The notes beneath the pieces were generated by a model that saw nothing but the letters and a program-made list of their open reading frames with translations, was not told where the DNA came from and did not search any database. This document shows, piece by piece, positions 62,601 to 64,000 of a DNA stretch of 64,000 nt; within the stretch, counting starts at the first letter, position 1; each line of letters starts with the position of its first letter. The position numbers and the translations under genes were made by a program. This DNA comes from Azolla caroliniana (lineage: Eukaryota > Plantae > Polypodiophyta): NCBI GenBank assembly GCA_043228905.1, contig JBHGNT010000010.1, forward strand, positions 6,634,001 to 6,698,000, written 5' to 3'.

Positions 62601-63928
62601 GCAAGGATATTTGATGTTTTTGGGCAAAATCTCTATCCATGAAACAAGAATTCGCTCCAGTATCTAAGAGGGCTTGGACCTGAAGTTGACAACTCGGTGT
62701 CCTAACTTGTACTTGGGCAGAGAAGACTCTACTAACATGCTTGGATGAAATGGAACCTACACTAGGTTGTACAGATCTAGGGTTGTTCGACCAAATGGCT
62801 CCTATTTTGGTCGGACTTATTCGTTTGAATCCTCTTGTAATTGGATTAGGACTTCAAACTTATTGGACATGGCTAGATTATTCATAATGTTAGAATAATG
62901 AAGTGCTTCTAAATTGTTAGACTCACTTTTATTGTCATAGTGAATTCGATTTACCTGACGTCTTGGTCTACGGGGGCAATGAATGGCTATATGTCCTGGA
63001 CCTCCACAATATAAGCATAGACGATTTTCTCGACATCATTGCTTCTCGTCTGACAATGGTCCTCGTTGTTGGGTCATATCGATCTCCATGGGTGTAGGCC
63101 TATCCATTGGGGTTGGACTACTTGTTTGCCTTGGAGTTGGAGCAGGGCTATATGTTTGCCTTGGAGATGATTGCGTCGGTACTGATGCATAAGTTGGTGT
63201 GAATCTTGATCTTGGTATTTGTTTTTGTCACTCACATCAATGCTCAAAAAGATAATTATCACACCATATTGCTCGACTAATAGCTTCTGTAAGTGATTTT
63301 GGATCCTCGGGGAAGGTAAGAAGTAAGTTCTTCACATCACCACGAAGACTAGAACGAAATTGCTCCATTAGGGCTTGCTCATCCCAAGGAATATCGCTTG
63401 TGATGTGACGAAAATTGGTTGCATCTGTTGATGCTGGTTGATCACCTTGACATAGTGTACGAATCTTGTTGATTGTTGTTCTTGCCCTATTTGTATCTCC
63501 AACGCAAGCATTAAATTCTTTGTTAAACTCCTCGAAATTATGCGGTATAGGAGAGTTTGTCTCTACTAATGGAGCAAACCATGACAATGCTATGCTAGTC
63601 AATAAGATACCCACTAACCCGACTCGTGATGCATCTGTCGGATAACGTGTGGGATGCATTTGAATTACCAACCGCACTTGATTCAAGAAATCTCAGAAAT
63701 GCGCCCTCGAACCATCAAATTTAGCTGGGAGGCTGATTTTGGGCTCCTTGATAATTCCTTGACCTTAGAACCTTTGTTGTTGTAAAACTATGATTGTCGA
63801 TTTTAATTGTTGCACCCCTCGCGTGAACTCCTCTTGTTGTTGTTGCTTCTCCACAATAACCTTTTGTAGATCTCCAAGAAGACGTTGATTCTCTAATTCA
63901 AGAGATGCGAACTTGGATTTAAGATTCT
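59649..63928 (-). mobile_element. Degenerate chromovirus-type Ty3/Gypsy (Tcn1-like): gag-PR-RT-(RH deleted)-IN-chromodomain
   Basis: Gag EPKISLPAKFDG/YPTDASRVGLVG, knuckle CLYCGGPGHIAIHC, PR LLDTGANSCFMD, RT FFVKKKDG, MPFGLTNAPAVFQ, YLDDLLIYS, IN ISMDFVTDLP, SAYHPQTDGQTER, chromodomain YLVYWVG...TWEP...FHHRYPNK. Most of RNase H is missing at ~61330. Confidence 0.92.
59863..60090 (-). repeat. 114-bp in-frame tandem duplication between the integrase GPY/F region and the chromodomain
   Basis: LNLPAHM.LHPVFHSSLLEPC.TSSIPN.V.PPPPSL occurs twice (59863-59976, 59977-60090). Confidence 0.92.
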
Positions 63929-64000
63929 TGTTGAACGGCAACCTCAACCGGATCCGAATCGGCTGAATAAGCCTGAGCCGGATCGGCATCCGGAAGGATG
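63929..64000 (+). repeat. Start of another Copia family A LTR inserted in the chromovirus gag; runs off the window
   Basis: TGTTGAACGGCAACCTCAACCGGATCCGAATCGGCTGAATAAGCCTGAGCCGGATCGG aligns with 759-820. Confidence 0.8.

Overview
Eukaryotic, land-plant-type nuclear DNA; the TE lineages suggest a non-seed plant such as a fern or lycophyte (inference). About 80% of the window is nested retrotransposons, in two blocks (1-18.0 kb and 30.6-64 kb). These include several Ty1/Copia elements of two families: a Tnt1/Tork-like family and a short-LTR 'family A'. There are also at least three Ty3/Gypsy types: an Athila/OTA-like relic, a full-length element with a tRNA-Trp primer site, and a Tcn1-like chromovirus. 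A 5'-truncated LINE with a 16-bp TSD is present too. Between the blocks is an AT-rich island holding one real host gene that the ORF track shows only in pieces: a 6-exon GOLDEN2-LIKE (GLK-type GARP) transcription factor on the minus strand (20539-23743, about 534 aa, all GT-AG phase-0 introns). Most notable observations: (1) the GLK carries a Cys-every-7-residues His/Asp repeat array in its N-terminus and lacks the AREAEAA motif; (2) two near-sister Tork-like Copia elements share LTR motifs and pol but have very different capsid (Gag) domains, suggesting a capsid swap; (3) antisense tRNA-like (Pol III A/B-box) modules lie inside the LTRs of two apparently unrelated Gypsy-type elements; (4) a mitochondrial-type tRNA-Pro fragment is patched into a Copia RT; (5) U3 tandem arrays differ in copy number between paired LTRs. 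All calls were made by eye, without database searches.
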